This document shows, piece after piece, positions 24,514 through 32,000 of a DNA stretch of 32,000 bases. The stretch spans positions 1,770,001 to 1,802,000 of the forward strand of contig NC_004459.3 of the NCBI RefSeq assembly GCF_000039765.1, in the 5' to 3' direction. The stretch is from Vibrio vulnificus CMCP6 (GTDB lineage Bacteria > Pseudomonadota > Gammaproteobacteria > Enterobacterales > Vibrionaceae). The number at the start of each line of letters is the position of its first letter. Positions within the stretch are counted from its first letter, which is position 1. Both the position numbers and the translations under genes were made by a program. The notes under the pieces are model-generated. The model saw only the letters and a program-made list of their open reading frames with translations. It was not told the origin of the DNA and ran no database searches.

Positions 24514-26624
24514 TGTTGAATGGGTCACTCCAAGCGACGCTGTCGATGCTGGAACAGCAAGCCCAACAAGGCTACCTGCGCTTATTGGATTATCAATTTG
24601 CGCGCTTTATTGGTGAGCAGAGTCAGCACAGCGGATTGGCGCTGTTGGCCGCTGCGGTCAGTGCCGAGTTAGGCAAAGGGCATATTTGCTTGCCTCTGTT
24701 TGATGAACTTGGCCAAGTCTGTGAATTGGCCAGCAAAATTGGCCTGTTTGGTGAGGCGGCAACCGAGCTGAACGCCCAGTTGCAGTCGTTCGACTGGCGA
24801 GCATTGCTGCAAACCAGTCGCTTGGTTGGCACCCAAGGGGAAGCGGTGCCCTTGATGTTCGATGGGGAACGAGTTTATCTGCATCGCTATTGGCACTATG
24901 AAGTCGTTTTGGCGCAAAAACTTAATCAATTGAGTCACGGTATTGAACTTAACGCCAGCTCAGCGGCATCGTTATCCGCATTGCTGGATCGATTGTTCGC
25001 GCGAGATTACCGCTTTTTGTTCGAAACGCTGATTGCCGCGCAAGCGAGCGGCAGTACCCAGGTGCAGCGACAGCAATGGGTGTGTGATTTTCTCGACGTG
25101 GTTGAAGAGCACCGTTTGGATTGGACGGCGATTGAACAAGTGCTGAGCCAAGTAAGCAAAGTCTCAGATCTCAACGCGCTGGATCATCTTGTGCCTCATG
25201 CGGCCTGCATTAATTGGCAAAAGGTAGCTGCCGCGGTGGCGTTGACGCGTCGTTTTGCCGTGATCTCTGGGGGGCCGGGAACAGGCAAAACCACCACCGT
25301 CACGAAATTGTTGGCGGCGCTGATTGAGCAAGCTGGAGCGCAAACGCCCACCATTCGTTTGGTGGCGCCAACGGGTAAAGCGGCGGCGCGTTTGACCGAA
25401 TCCATCGGTAAAGCGGTGCAATCTTTAGCCGTAGAGCCGAGTTTAAAGGCGTTAATCCCCACAGAAGCCTCAACATTACATCGCTTGTTAGGCGCGATCC
25501 CCGGCAGTGCCGAGTTTCGTCATCACAGTCAAAACCCGCTGCATTTGGATGTGCTGGTGGTGGATGAAGCCTCAATGGTCGATCTTTCGATGATGTATAA
25601 AGTGATTGACGCGCTGCCTAAACATGCTCGTTTGATTTTACTCGGTGATAAAGATCAGTTGGCCTCCGTTGAAGCGGGGGCGGTGCTGGGGGATATCTGC
25701 GCATTTTCTGCTTCCGGATACAGCGCAGAGCAAGCAGCAACGCTCGCGAAGTTAACGGGTTATCAAGCGCTGCCAAAGAGTGCCAGCCGTTTGGCACCAG
25801 TTGCAGATAGCTTGTGTATGTTGCAAAAGAGCTATCGTTTTGATGCTCGCTCAGGAATTGGCCAATTGGCAAAAGCGATCAATGCCGGTTCCGTGGCGGC
25901 GTTAGAGAGTGTATGGCAGCGAGAGTTTAACGATATCGAACATCACCCATTGGATGCCAGCCACTACAACCATATGTTGCAAACGCTTGTAAGTGAGTAC
26001 TCACATTATCTTGCTCGCATTGCCTTAACTCAGCAGCATCTTGAGCCGAAAGAGAGAGAAAGCAGTGCTGTTCGAGCCAAAGCGGGACTGAATTTGTTTC
26101 ATCGTTGCCGGTTACTTTGCGCCGTGCGTGAAGGCAATTTTGGTGTGGCCGGACTTAACCTTCGCATTGAAAGAGCCTTAGCTGCGCGGAATTTGATTAA
26201 AGTGAAGGACGAGATTTGGTATCACGGCAGGCCTGTAATGGTGACGCGTAATGATTACGCGCTTGGGCTTTACAACGGCGACATTGGCATCTGCATGTGG
26301 GATGACACTGACGAAGCCCCGCGTCTAAAAGTCTATTTTGAGTTGGCTGACGGCAGCGTTAAAGCGGTATTACCAAGCCGAGTGCCAGAACATGAAACAG
26401 CCTATGCGATGACAATACATAAATCACAAGGCAGCGAATTTGATTTTACCTTGATGATTTTGCCTGCCGATTTCAGCCCAATACTGACGCGAGAGCTGAT
26501 CTACACGGGCATTACTCGAGCGAAAAAGCGTTTAGCGCTGTATGCCGATCTCCAAGTCCTGAAACGTGGTATGAAGATAAAAACACAGCGAGCGAGCGGC
26601 CTGCCACACCGTTTGGGCCAGTAA
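24510..26624 (+). CDS. recD: Exodeoxyribonuclease V alpha subunit RecD
   Basis: 704 aa. The ATGA start overlaps the recB stop, indicating translational coupling. It has a Walker A (ISGGPGTGKTTTV), VVDEASMVD, and SF1B helicase C-terminal motifs (AMTIHKSQGSEF, YTGITRAK). Confidence 0.9.
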   Translation: MMLNGSLQATLSMLEQQAQQGYLRLLDYQFARFIGEQSQHSGLALLAAAVSAELGKGHICLPLFDELGQVCELASKIGLFGEAATELNAQLQSFDWRALLQTSRLVGTQGEAVPLMFDGERVYLHRYWHYEVVLAQKLNQLSHGIELNASSAASLSALLDRLFARDYRFLFETLIAAQASGSTQVQRQQWVCDFLDVVEEHRLDWTAIEQVLSQVSKVSDLNALDHLVPHAACINWQKVAAAVALTRRFAVISGGPGTGKTTTVTKLLAALIEQAGAQTPTIRLVAPTGKAAARLTESIGKAVQSLAVEPSLKALIPTEASTLHRLLGAIPGSAEFRHHSQNPLHLDVLVVDEASMVDLSMMYKVIDALPKHARLILLGDKDQLASVEAGAVLGDICAFSASGYSAEQAATLAKLTGYQALPKSASRLAPVADSLCMLQKSYRFDARSGIGQLAKAINAGSVAALESVWQREFNDIEHHPLDASHYNHMLQTLVSEYSHYLARIALTQQHLEPKERESSAVRAKAGLNLFHRCRLLCAVREGNFGVAGLNLRIERALAARNLIKVKDEIWYHGRPVMVTRNDYALGLYNGDIGICMWDDTDEAPRLKVYFELADGSVKAVLPSRVPEHETAYAMTIHKSQGSEFDFTLMILPADFSPILTRELIYTGITRAKKRLALYADLQVLKRGMKIKTQRASGLPHRLGQ

Positions 26625-26654
26625 GGATCATGAGAGCAGTCTAAGTCGATAAGG

Positions 26655-26688
26655 AAAAAGGCCAGAAGTGGAAACTTCTGGCCTTTGA
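26655..26688. terminator. Bidirectional rho-independent terminator after recD and the 60-aa ORF
   Basis: AAAGGCCAGAAGT-ggaa-ACTTCTGGCCTTT is a 13-bp perfect stem with flanking A and T runs. Confidence 0.8.
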
Positions 26689-26696
26689 AATTCGAA

Positions 26697-26879
26697 CTAG
26701 CGTTGAAATGCTTGAGTAAAAGTGATGCTGCGAATGTGGTATTGCTCTTTGTAGTTCAAGATGAACTCTCTTAGCGCTTCTGTCACTGGGAAGACGCAAT
26801 GAACGTCAAGTCCCTCTAGAAACTGGTTGTCGGCCATATCCCAAAAGCTTTGCAGCGAGTTACAAATAATGGTTCTCAT
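26697..26879 (-). CDS. Hypothetical 60-aa protein (orphan small ORF)
   Basis: The ORF ends 9 nt before the bidirectional terminator. The SD is weak (AAGAG), and a perfect TATAAT lies on the same strand at 26999-26994. I recognise no family. Confidence 0.35.
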   Translation of the reverse strand: MRTIICNSLQSFWDMADNQFLEGLDVHCVFPVTEALREFILNYKEQYHIRSITFTQAFQR

Positions 26880-27103
26880 AGTAATGCTCTTTGATTGCTT
26901 AATCCCAACTGACTGGGCAAGTAATGAATCGAGCAGTCCGTGCGGTGTCTCGTCACCAAGTTCCTTGGCTCGGGTTAACCCCGATTTGCGCGGATTATAG
27001 ACGAGTCACCGAACGAAAAAAAGCACAAACTTTGAACAGACAAGATGTAAAGCATTGCATATGGTGTTAACCCTGTTCATCAGCAGGAAATACTAATCTT
27101 AGG

Positions 27104-28441
27104 TCAAAGTGGCAGTGCCAAAATTTTTGAACGACGCTGATAGTTGTACAAACTTTTCTTCGCCATTGGCAGTGAGTCGACGCCAATTTCGTAGAAACCT
27201 TGCTCTCTAAACCAATGAACGCTGTGCGTGGTGAGAACAAAAATTTGCTCAATGCCGATGGATTTCGACCGATGCTTCATGTAATTGAGCAGCAACAGGC
27301 CACGGTTACCATCGCGATAATCAGGATGAATGGCCACACACGCCATCTCCGCCATATGCTCATCGATATAAGGGTACAAGGCGGCGCAGCCAATGATCAG
27401 GCCATCTTTCTCAATGATGGTAAAGCGTTCAACCTCTTGCTCAAGTTGCTCGCGAGAGCGCCTTACTAGAATGCCTTGCTCTTCCAGAGGGCGAATCAGT
27501 TCAAGAATGCCGCCAATATCATCAATGCAAGCCTGACGAACTTGCTCAGCACTGGCCATGACCACTTGTGTGCCGATACCGTCAAATGAAAACAGTTCTT
27601 GGATTAAAGCCCCATCAATTTTGTAACTGATTAAATGGCTACGGGGAACGCCAGCGCGGCAAGCTGCCACTGCCCCTTTGAGAAAACGCAGTGTGCCGGA
27701 ATGGAAGTCACTATCGGGATCGACATCGACCGAGAGCTTTTGAATGAATTTCTCCGCATCGCTTGGAAACAACTCGGCGACGGCATTGCCCTCTTCATCA
27801 ATCACGCCTTGCTCAGAACAAAAGCCAATCAGTTTGTCGGCTTTAAGTTTGATCGCCACTTGTGTTGCTACTTCTTCAGAAAGCAAGTTAAAGCATTCAC
27901 CAGTCACCGAACTGGCAATCGGCCCCAGCAGTACGATGGAACCTTGATCCAAGGAGCGATTGATGGCCTCGGTATCAATGCGACGAATGCGACCACTGTG
28001 GCAGTAATCGACACCTTCATCTATACCTAATGGTTGAGCGATGACAAAATTTCCACTGACCACATTGAGGTGCGTTCCGGCCATCGGCGTATTATTCAAG
28101 CTCATGGAGAGGCTGGCTGTGATCGCCAATTGCAACTGTCCAGCAGCTTGCATAACTATCGAAAGTGAGTTTTCGTCAGTCACACGAATGTGTTTGTGAT
28201 AAGGGGTTTGGCTTGATTGCTTGTCAAGTAATTGATTGATTTGCGGTCTGGCACCATAGACCAGAACCACTTTAACGCCAAGGCTGTGCATTAGAGCTAT
28301 ATCATTAATAATATTGCTGAAGTTTTTGTCAGCGATCGCTTCACCACCAAGGAGAATAACCATGGTTTTGCCGCGGTGCGCGTTGACGTACGGAGTGGAT
28401 TGTCTGAAACCTTTAACTAATGCCGTGCTGCGAATTTTCAC
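27104..28441 (-). CDS. argA: Amino-acid N-acetyltransferase (N-acetylglutamate synthase) ArgA
   Basis: 445 aa with a GTG start. [61 protein letters not shown] aligns with the remembered E. coli ArgA. The architecture is an AAK domain followed by a C-terminal GNAT domain. Confidence 0.9.
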   Translation of the reverse strand: MKIRSTALVKGFRQSTPYVNAHRGKTMVILLGGEAIADKNFSNIINDIALMHSLGVKVVLVYGARPQINQLLDKQSSQTPYHKHIRVTDENSLSIVMQAAGQLQLAITASLSMSLNNTPMAGTHLNVVSGNFVIAQPLGIDEGVDYCHSGRIRRIDTEAINRSLDQGSIVLLGPIASSVTGECFNLLSEEVATQVAIKLKADKLIGFCSEQGVIDEEGNAVAELFPSDAEKFIQKLSVDVDPDSDFHSGTLRFLKGAVAACRAGVPRSHLISYKIDGALIQELFSFDGIGTQVVMASAEQVRQACIDDIGGILELIRPLEEQGILVRRSREQLEQEVERFTIIEKDGLIIGCAALYPYIDEHMAEMACVAIHPDYRDGNRGLLLLNYMKHRSKSIGIEQIFVLTTHSVHWFREQGFYEIGVDSLPMAKKSLYNYQRRSKILALPL

Positions 28442-28454
28442 AATATGACTTCCT

Positions 28455-28493
28455 TGTGACTATTTATGCTGAAATATTGTCTTTTTATTCTCT
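28455..28493. promoter_or_regulatory. Two tandem ARG-box-like sequences overlapping a putative argA promoter
   Basis: TGTGACTATTTATGCTGA (28455-72) and ATTGTCTTTTTATTCTCT (28476-93) are separated by 3 bp. Each matches about 12-13 of 16 defined positions of TNTGAATWWWWATTCANW. On the minus strand a -35 TTGCCA (28502-28497), a 17-nt spacer and a -10 CAATAT (28479-28474) overlap them. Confidence 0.35.
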
Positions 28494-28585
28494 TGTTGGC
28501 AAGCGGTTTTTTATTAATTTAACCACGTTTGATCTGAGTGAGTTGTTTGCTTTGACCAGCGGTGTAACATAGGCGGCTTGTAAAC

Positions 28586-29053
28586 ATGAACGAGAAAAAA
28601 ATGTCTTCTGCCAGTAAAAAGTCAACCGCCGTCAACGGACAGCTACTCACTGAAGAGCTACGTCGTAAAAAACGCAAATTATTAGAGCGAATCTTAATGG
28701 GCGTGGCCCTTATTGGAACCGTGATTGTGTTGTTGATGTATGGCGATTTGATTACTCGATTGATCAATCCACCAATGCCGAAAAGCATGATTTACGGCAA
28801 ATGGGTTGAGCAGGATGTGGCTCCCTATGCTCGTGAGGTGCTGATCCTCAATGAAAGTGGTGTCACCGTTAACGGTTCTTTGGTGACGACCAATTTTGAT
28901 TTTGATGGCAAGTATTTTGAGTATCGTGTCGGTGGTGAAACTCGTCGCTTTCGATTCATTGGTCAGCAGTACATCGAGATGAAGTTGGATAGTGACGCGC
29001 ACTACCTTCCCGTTTTTCAATTAGAAGGGAAGCAGAATCTCTCGCTGAGATAA
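28586..29053 (+). CDS. Single-pass membrane protein of unknown function (possibly the Vibrionaceae-restricted DUF2850 type)
   Basis: 155 aa with a basic N-terminus, one TM helix (ILMGVALIGTVIVLLMYG) and a ~100-aa beta-rich ectodomain. A terminator follows. The family name is from memory only. Confidence 0.55.
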   Translation: MNEKKMSSASKKSTAVNGQLLTEELRRKKRKLLERILMGVALIGTVIVLLMYGDLITRLINPPMPKSMIYGKWVEQDVAPYAREVLILNESGVTVNGSLVTTNFDFDGKYFEYRVGGETRRFRFIGQQYIEMKLDSDAHYLPVFQLEGKQNLSLR

Positions 29054-29107
29054 GCAGTGATGCTGCTGCCAAATTGATGTTTTCTCATTCAATATTCGTC
29101 ATTTTTT

Positions 29108-29140
29108 TGTAAGGGACTGCAATCGCGTCCCTTTTTCATT
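29108..29140 (+). terminator. Rho-independent terminator
   Basis: AAGGGAC-tgcaatcgc-GTCCCTT is followed by TTTCATTT. Confidence 0.6.
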
Positions 29141-29199
29141 TGCACTTAAAATTCGACTTTGTCATGCTGCATCAAATTCTATTTGATGGGTAGTAACCA

Positions 29200-30303
29200 G
29201 TGATTAAAGCTTATTTTCCGCTCTTTGCATCGGTCTTGTTGTTTGGCTGTGCTCAGCCAACCGATCGTGCACAGCAGTATCTCGACAATGAATTCAGTGA
29301 TGTGCTCAATCGAGTCGATGTAGTGAGCTCGGACAAACCTCGCGACTTCACCGAATTTCAACGTCAATCTGAAGCGGTGATCAGCAATTCACCTAGTCTG
29401 GCCAACTTGTATCAACCGCTTTATGAGCGTTTAAATGAGTGGGTACTGCAAAGTGGTGACCCGAGCGAGCTCGGTGCTTATGGTATTGAAACTGCCCAGT
29501 TAGGTGGGGGAGATAAGCAAGGTAACGTCCTTTTTACTGGCTATTTTTCACCGGTAATGGAGCTGCGTCATCAAGCCGATGAGCGTTTCAAATACCCAGT
29601 TTACGCGAAACCCGATTGCAGTGAAGATTGCCCGACACGAGCTCAGATCTACGATGGGGCACTCGGTGGTTTAGGGCTCGAACTGGGCTACGCAGAGAAC
29701 ATGATTGACCCGTTTATCATGGAAGTGCAGGGCAGTGGTTTTGTCCATTTTGAAGATGACGACACGCTGGAATACTTCGCTTATGCGGGAAAAAATAACA
29801 AAGCCTATGTGAGCATTGGCCGCGTGTTGATTGAACGTGATCAAGTCGCAAGAGAGAAGATGTCGTTGAAAGCGATCAAAGACTGGGTGCTTGCAAACGA
29901 TGAGGCCACCGTTCAAGAGCTGCTCGAACAAAATCCCTCTTTTGTTTTCTTTGAGCCGAGAGCGGCGGCGCCTGTGACAGGTTCTGCAGGTATCCCGCTA
30001 TTACCTATGGCCTCTGTGGCGGGCGATCGCACAATTTTCCCAATGGGGACACCGATCTTGGCGGAAGTGCCTTTGCTGAATGCGGACGGTACTTGGAGTG
30101 GTGCGCATCAACTGCGTTTGTTGATCGTGCTCGATACCGGTGGCGCGGTAAAACAGAATCATCTCGACCTCTACCACGGAATGGGCCCACGAGCGGGCAC
30201 CGAAGCGGGCCATTACAAACACTTTGGCCGCGTGTGGAAATTGGGCTTGGAAAACTCTCCAACGCAAGCGCCTTGGGCTTTGCCACCAGAAAAGCTACAA
30301 TAG
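29200..30303 (+). CDS. mltA: Membrane-bound lytic murein transglycosylase A (lipoprotein) MltA
   Basis: 367 aa with a GTG start and a lipoprotein signal with lipobox LLFG-C. MltA-type blocks are present (GYFSPVMELR, FIMEVQGSGFV, DTGGAVKQNHLDLYHG). Confidence 0.85.
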   Translation: MIKAYFPLFASVLLFGCAQPTDRAQQYLDNEFSDVLNRVDVVSSDKPRDFTEFQRQSEAVISNSPSLANLYQPLYERLNEWVLQSGDPSELGAYGIETAQLGGGDKQGNVLFTGYFSPVMELRHQADERFKYPVYAKPDCSEDCPTRAQIYDGALGGLGLELGYAENMIDPFIMEVQGSGFVHFEDDDTLEYFAYAGKNNKAYVSIGRVLIERDQVAREKMSLKAIKDWVLANDEATVQELLEQNPSFVFFEPRAAAPVTGSAGIPLLPMASVAGDRTIFPMGTPILAEVPLLNADGTWSGAHQLRLLIVLDTGGAVKQNHLDLYHGMGPRAGTEAGHYKHFGRVWKLGLENSPTQAPWALPPEKLQ

Positions 30304-30329
30304 CGTTTCTCTATCTGGACATTTTGTTG

Positions 30330-30362
30330 AAGAGTGCGTATAAATCGCACTCTTTGTTTTTC
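30330..30362 (+). terminator. mltA rho-independent terminator
   Basis: AAGAGTGCG-tataaat-CGCACTCTT is followed by TGTTTTTCT. Confidence 0.65.
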
Positions 30363-30384
30363 TGGCGACTTTGGAATCATCACT

Positions 30385-31194
30385 ATGCGCGAACTTGATA
30401 CTCCTGCTTCTGATAGCTACAACCAACGTTTTGGTGGTACGCGCCGTCTATACGGCAACAGCGAAGTCGAGATTCTTCGTGCAGCCCATGTCTGTGTGAT
30501 TGGTATTGGAGGTGTTGGCTCTTGGGCGGTAGAAGCCCTTGCCCGCACAGGTATCGGCGAACTGACGCTCATCGATATGGATGACGTGTGTGTGACCAAT
30601 ATTAACCGTCAAATTCATGCGATGACGGGAACAGTCGGCCAAAGCAAGATTGAAGTGATGGCAGAGCGCGTCAAACTCATTAATCCTGAGTGTAAAGTGA
30701 ATCTGATTGACGATTTCATCACACCTGACAATCAACACGAATACCTCAGCAAAGAGTTTGATTATGTACTAGATGCTATTGACAGCGTCAAAGCGAAAGC
30801 TTCTTTGCTGGCTTATTGTCGCAGTAACAAAATCAAAGTGATTACCGTTGGTGGTGCAGGGGGCCAAGTGGACCCGACACAAATCCAAGTGACGGATTTG
30901 ACCAAAACAATCCAAGATCCACTGGCGAAGAAGATCAAGGATACCTTGCGTCGCCATCATAACTTTCCAAAAAATCCCGCACGAAAGTTTGGCATTGACT
31001 GTGTCTTTTCCACTGAGCAGCTAAAATACCCGCAAGCGGATGGTTCCGTTTGTAACGTAAAATCAACGGCAGAAGGTCCAAAACGCATGGATTGTGCCAG
31101 CGGTTTTGGTGCCGCGACGGTAGTGACCGCGACCTTTGGTTTTGTCGCGGTGGCGCGTATCGTTGAAAAGCTGATCCAAAAGCATAAAAACTAA
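30385..31194 (+). CDS. tcdA: tRNA threonylcarbamoyladenosine dehydratase TcdA (CsdL/YgdL)
   Basis: From ATG 30385 the sequence YNQRFGGTRRLYG...VIGIGGVGSWAVEALARTGIGELTLIDMDDVCVTNINRQIHA is near-collinear with the remembered E. coli TcdA. The 17 upstream codons in the track cover the mltA terminator. Confidence 0.9.
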   Translation: MRELDTPASDSYNQRFGGTRRLYGNSEVEILRAAHVCVIGIGGVGSWAVEALARTGIGELTLIDMDDVCVTNINRQIHAMTGTVGQSKIEVMAERVKLINPECKVNLIDDFITPDNQHEYLSKEFDYVLDAIDSVKAKASLLAYCRSNKIKVITVGGAGGQVDPTQIQVTDLTKTIQDPLAKKIKDTLRRHHNFPKNPARKFGIDCVFSTEQLKYPQADGSVCNVKSTAEGPKRMDCASGFGAATVVTATFGFVAVARIVEKLIQKHKN

Positions 31195-31208
31195 CTGCCT
31201 CTAATACC

Positions 31209-31235
31209 AAGCGGCTTTCTGACGCCGCTTTATGT
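31209..31235 (+). terminator. Weak hairpin between tcdA and csdE (partial terminator or attenuator)
   Basis: AAGCGGC-tttctgac-GCCGCTT is followed by TATGT, a short U-tract. Confidence 0.3.
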
Positions 31236-31274
31236 CATCATCACCTTTAATCCTTATTGTGTAGGAGCCTAGCC

Positions 31275-31703
31275 ATGTCGAATTTGCCAGCCTCGCCATT
31301 TGGTAACGAGATTACCAGTGCGGACATCGTCGCAACCATGCAGCAATTCAAAGGTTGGGAAGACCGCTATCGCCAGGTGATTCAATGGGGTAAAAAATTG
31401 CCAGTGATGCCTGATGAATTGAAATCTGAGCAGGTTATGGTTGCAGGTTGCGAAAGCCAAGTTTGGTTAGTGGCAGAACAAGACGACGGAATGTGGACAT
31501 TTTGTGCCGACTCAGACGCGAGAATCGTTCGTGGTTTAATTGCTTTAGTCTTAGCTGCCTACAACGGTAAAACGGCAGAGCAGATCCAAGCCTTTGATAT
31601 TGAAGCCTACTTTGAGCAGTTAGGCTTAATTGCCCACTTGAGTCCGTCACGCGGCAATGGCCTTAAAGCGATTGTTGAGCAGATTAAAAATATCGCGAGC
31701 TAG
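31275..31703 (+). CDS. csdE: SufE-family sulfur acceptor CsdE (YgdK)
   Basis: From ATG 31275 (AGGAG 7 nt upstream) the blocks GWEDRYRQVIQWGKKLP, AGCESQVWL and ARIVRGLIALVLAAYNGKTAEQI align with the remembered E. coli CsdE, including the conserved Cys. Confidence 0.8.
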   Translation: MSNLPASPFGNEITSADIVATMQQFKGWEDRYRQVIQWGKKLPVMPDELKSEQVMVAGCESQVWLVAEQDDGMWTFCADSDARIVRGLIALVLAAYNGKTAEQIQAFDIEAYFEQLGLIAHLSPSRGNGLKAIVEQIKNIAS

Positions 31704-31843
31704 TTTAAGTTGTTGAAGGCGTAGCGAGCATCTATGTCGGTTTTCGCACGCCTGAACTGCTCTGACAATTCTGATTTTCCCCTCATTTTCTATCTCTATT
31801 CGTTCTCATCACTTTCGCTTTTGTGACGGCTTTCATTTGGCCT

Positions 31844-31869
31844 GTCATTCCCGCCTGCGCGGGAATGAC
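31844..31869. repeat. REP/MITE-like perfect palindromic unit
   Basis: GTCATTCCCGC-ctgc-GCGGGAATGAC has 11-bp perfect arms and sits in a non-coding stretch after csdE. Confidence 0.55.
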
Positions 31870-31914
31870 GGATATAGAAAATGGCGAAATTTCTTACAGC
31901 CCTCACTTTTGCTC

Positions 31915-31937
31915 GTCATCCTCGCGAACGCGGGGAC
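31915..31937. repeat. Degenerate second copy of the palindromic unit
   Basis: GTCATCCTCGC-gaac-GCGGGGAC is the same architecture as 31844-31869 with substitutions, giving 7 bp including one G.U pair. Confidence 0.4.
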
Positions 31938-32000
31938 CCATTTGTAAAAATATATCCACCGCTTTCTCTAACATAACAATCAAATTCTCTACGTATTCCA

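Noticed and set aside
30334-30384. GTG start giving TcdA 17 extra residues
   Set aside because: These codons lie within the mltA terminator hairpin (30330-30362). Homology to E. coli TcdA begins after ATG 30385.
1-32000. Mobile elements, prophage, CRISPR arrays or defence islands
   Set aside because: I saw no integrase, transposase or Cas-like ORFs, no regularly spaced direct repeats, and no tRNA attachment sites. Gene content is housekeeping and syntenic with enteric genomes.

Overview
This window looks like ordinary core chromosome of a Vibrionaceae-like gammaproteobacterium. That judgement rests on gene content, E. coli-like synteny (argA next to recD; mltA-tcdA-csdE) and by-eye protein similarity, with no database search.

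Gene order:
- GGCT-like enzyme (-)
- nnrS (+)
- divergent pair: RimK-like ATP-grasp ligase (-) and a GNAT/papain-like peptidase fusion (+)
- zntB (-)
- glycerol block glpF-glpK, glpR, glpD (all -)
- dapD (-)
- SOS gene yebG (-) with a canonical LexA box
- LysR regulator (-) divergent from a TDT/TehA-like transporter (+)
- YejM-like sulfatase-family membrane protein (-)
- recC, recB, recD (+)
- a 60-aa orphan ORF (-)
- argA (-)
- a single-pass membrane protein (+)
- mltA, tcdA, csdE (+)
- REP/MITE-like palindromic repeats at the right edge

I found no rRNA or tRNA genes, CRISPR arrays, integrases, transposases or recognisable defence genes.

Items most worth a second look:
1. The uncharacterised ATP-grasp ligase plus GNAT-peptidase module at 2006-4624.
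2. A 311-bp hairpin-dense untranslated spacer between recC and recB, which also holds a decayed duplicate of the recB initiation region.
3. An apparent 1-nt frameshift that replaces the C-terminus of NnrS.
4. Five E. coli-type Chi octamers on the + strand and none found on the - strand.
5. A 14-bp operator-like motif shared by the glpD and glpFK control regions.
6. Nested inverted repeats plus an orphan ORF between recD and argA.

Nothing here is a clear novel multi-gene system; item 1 comes closest.
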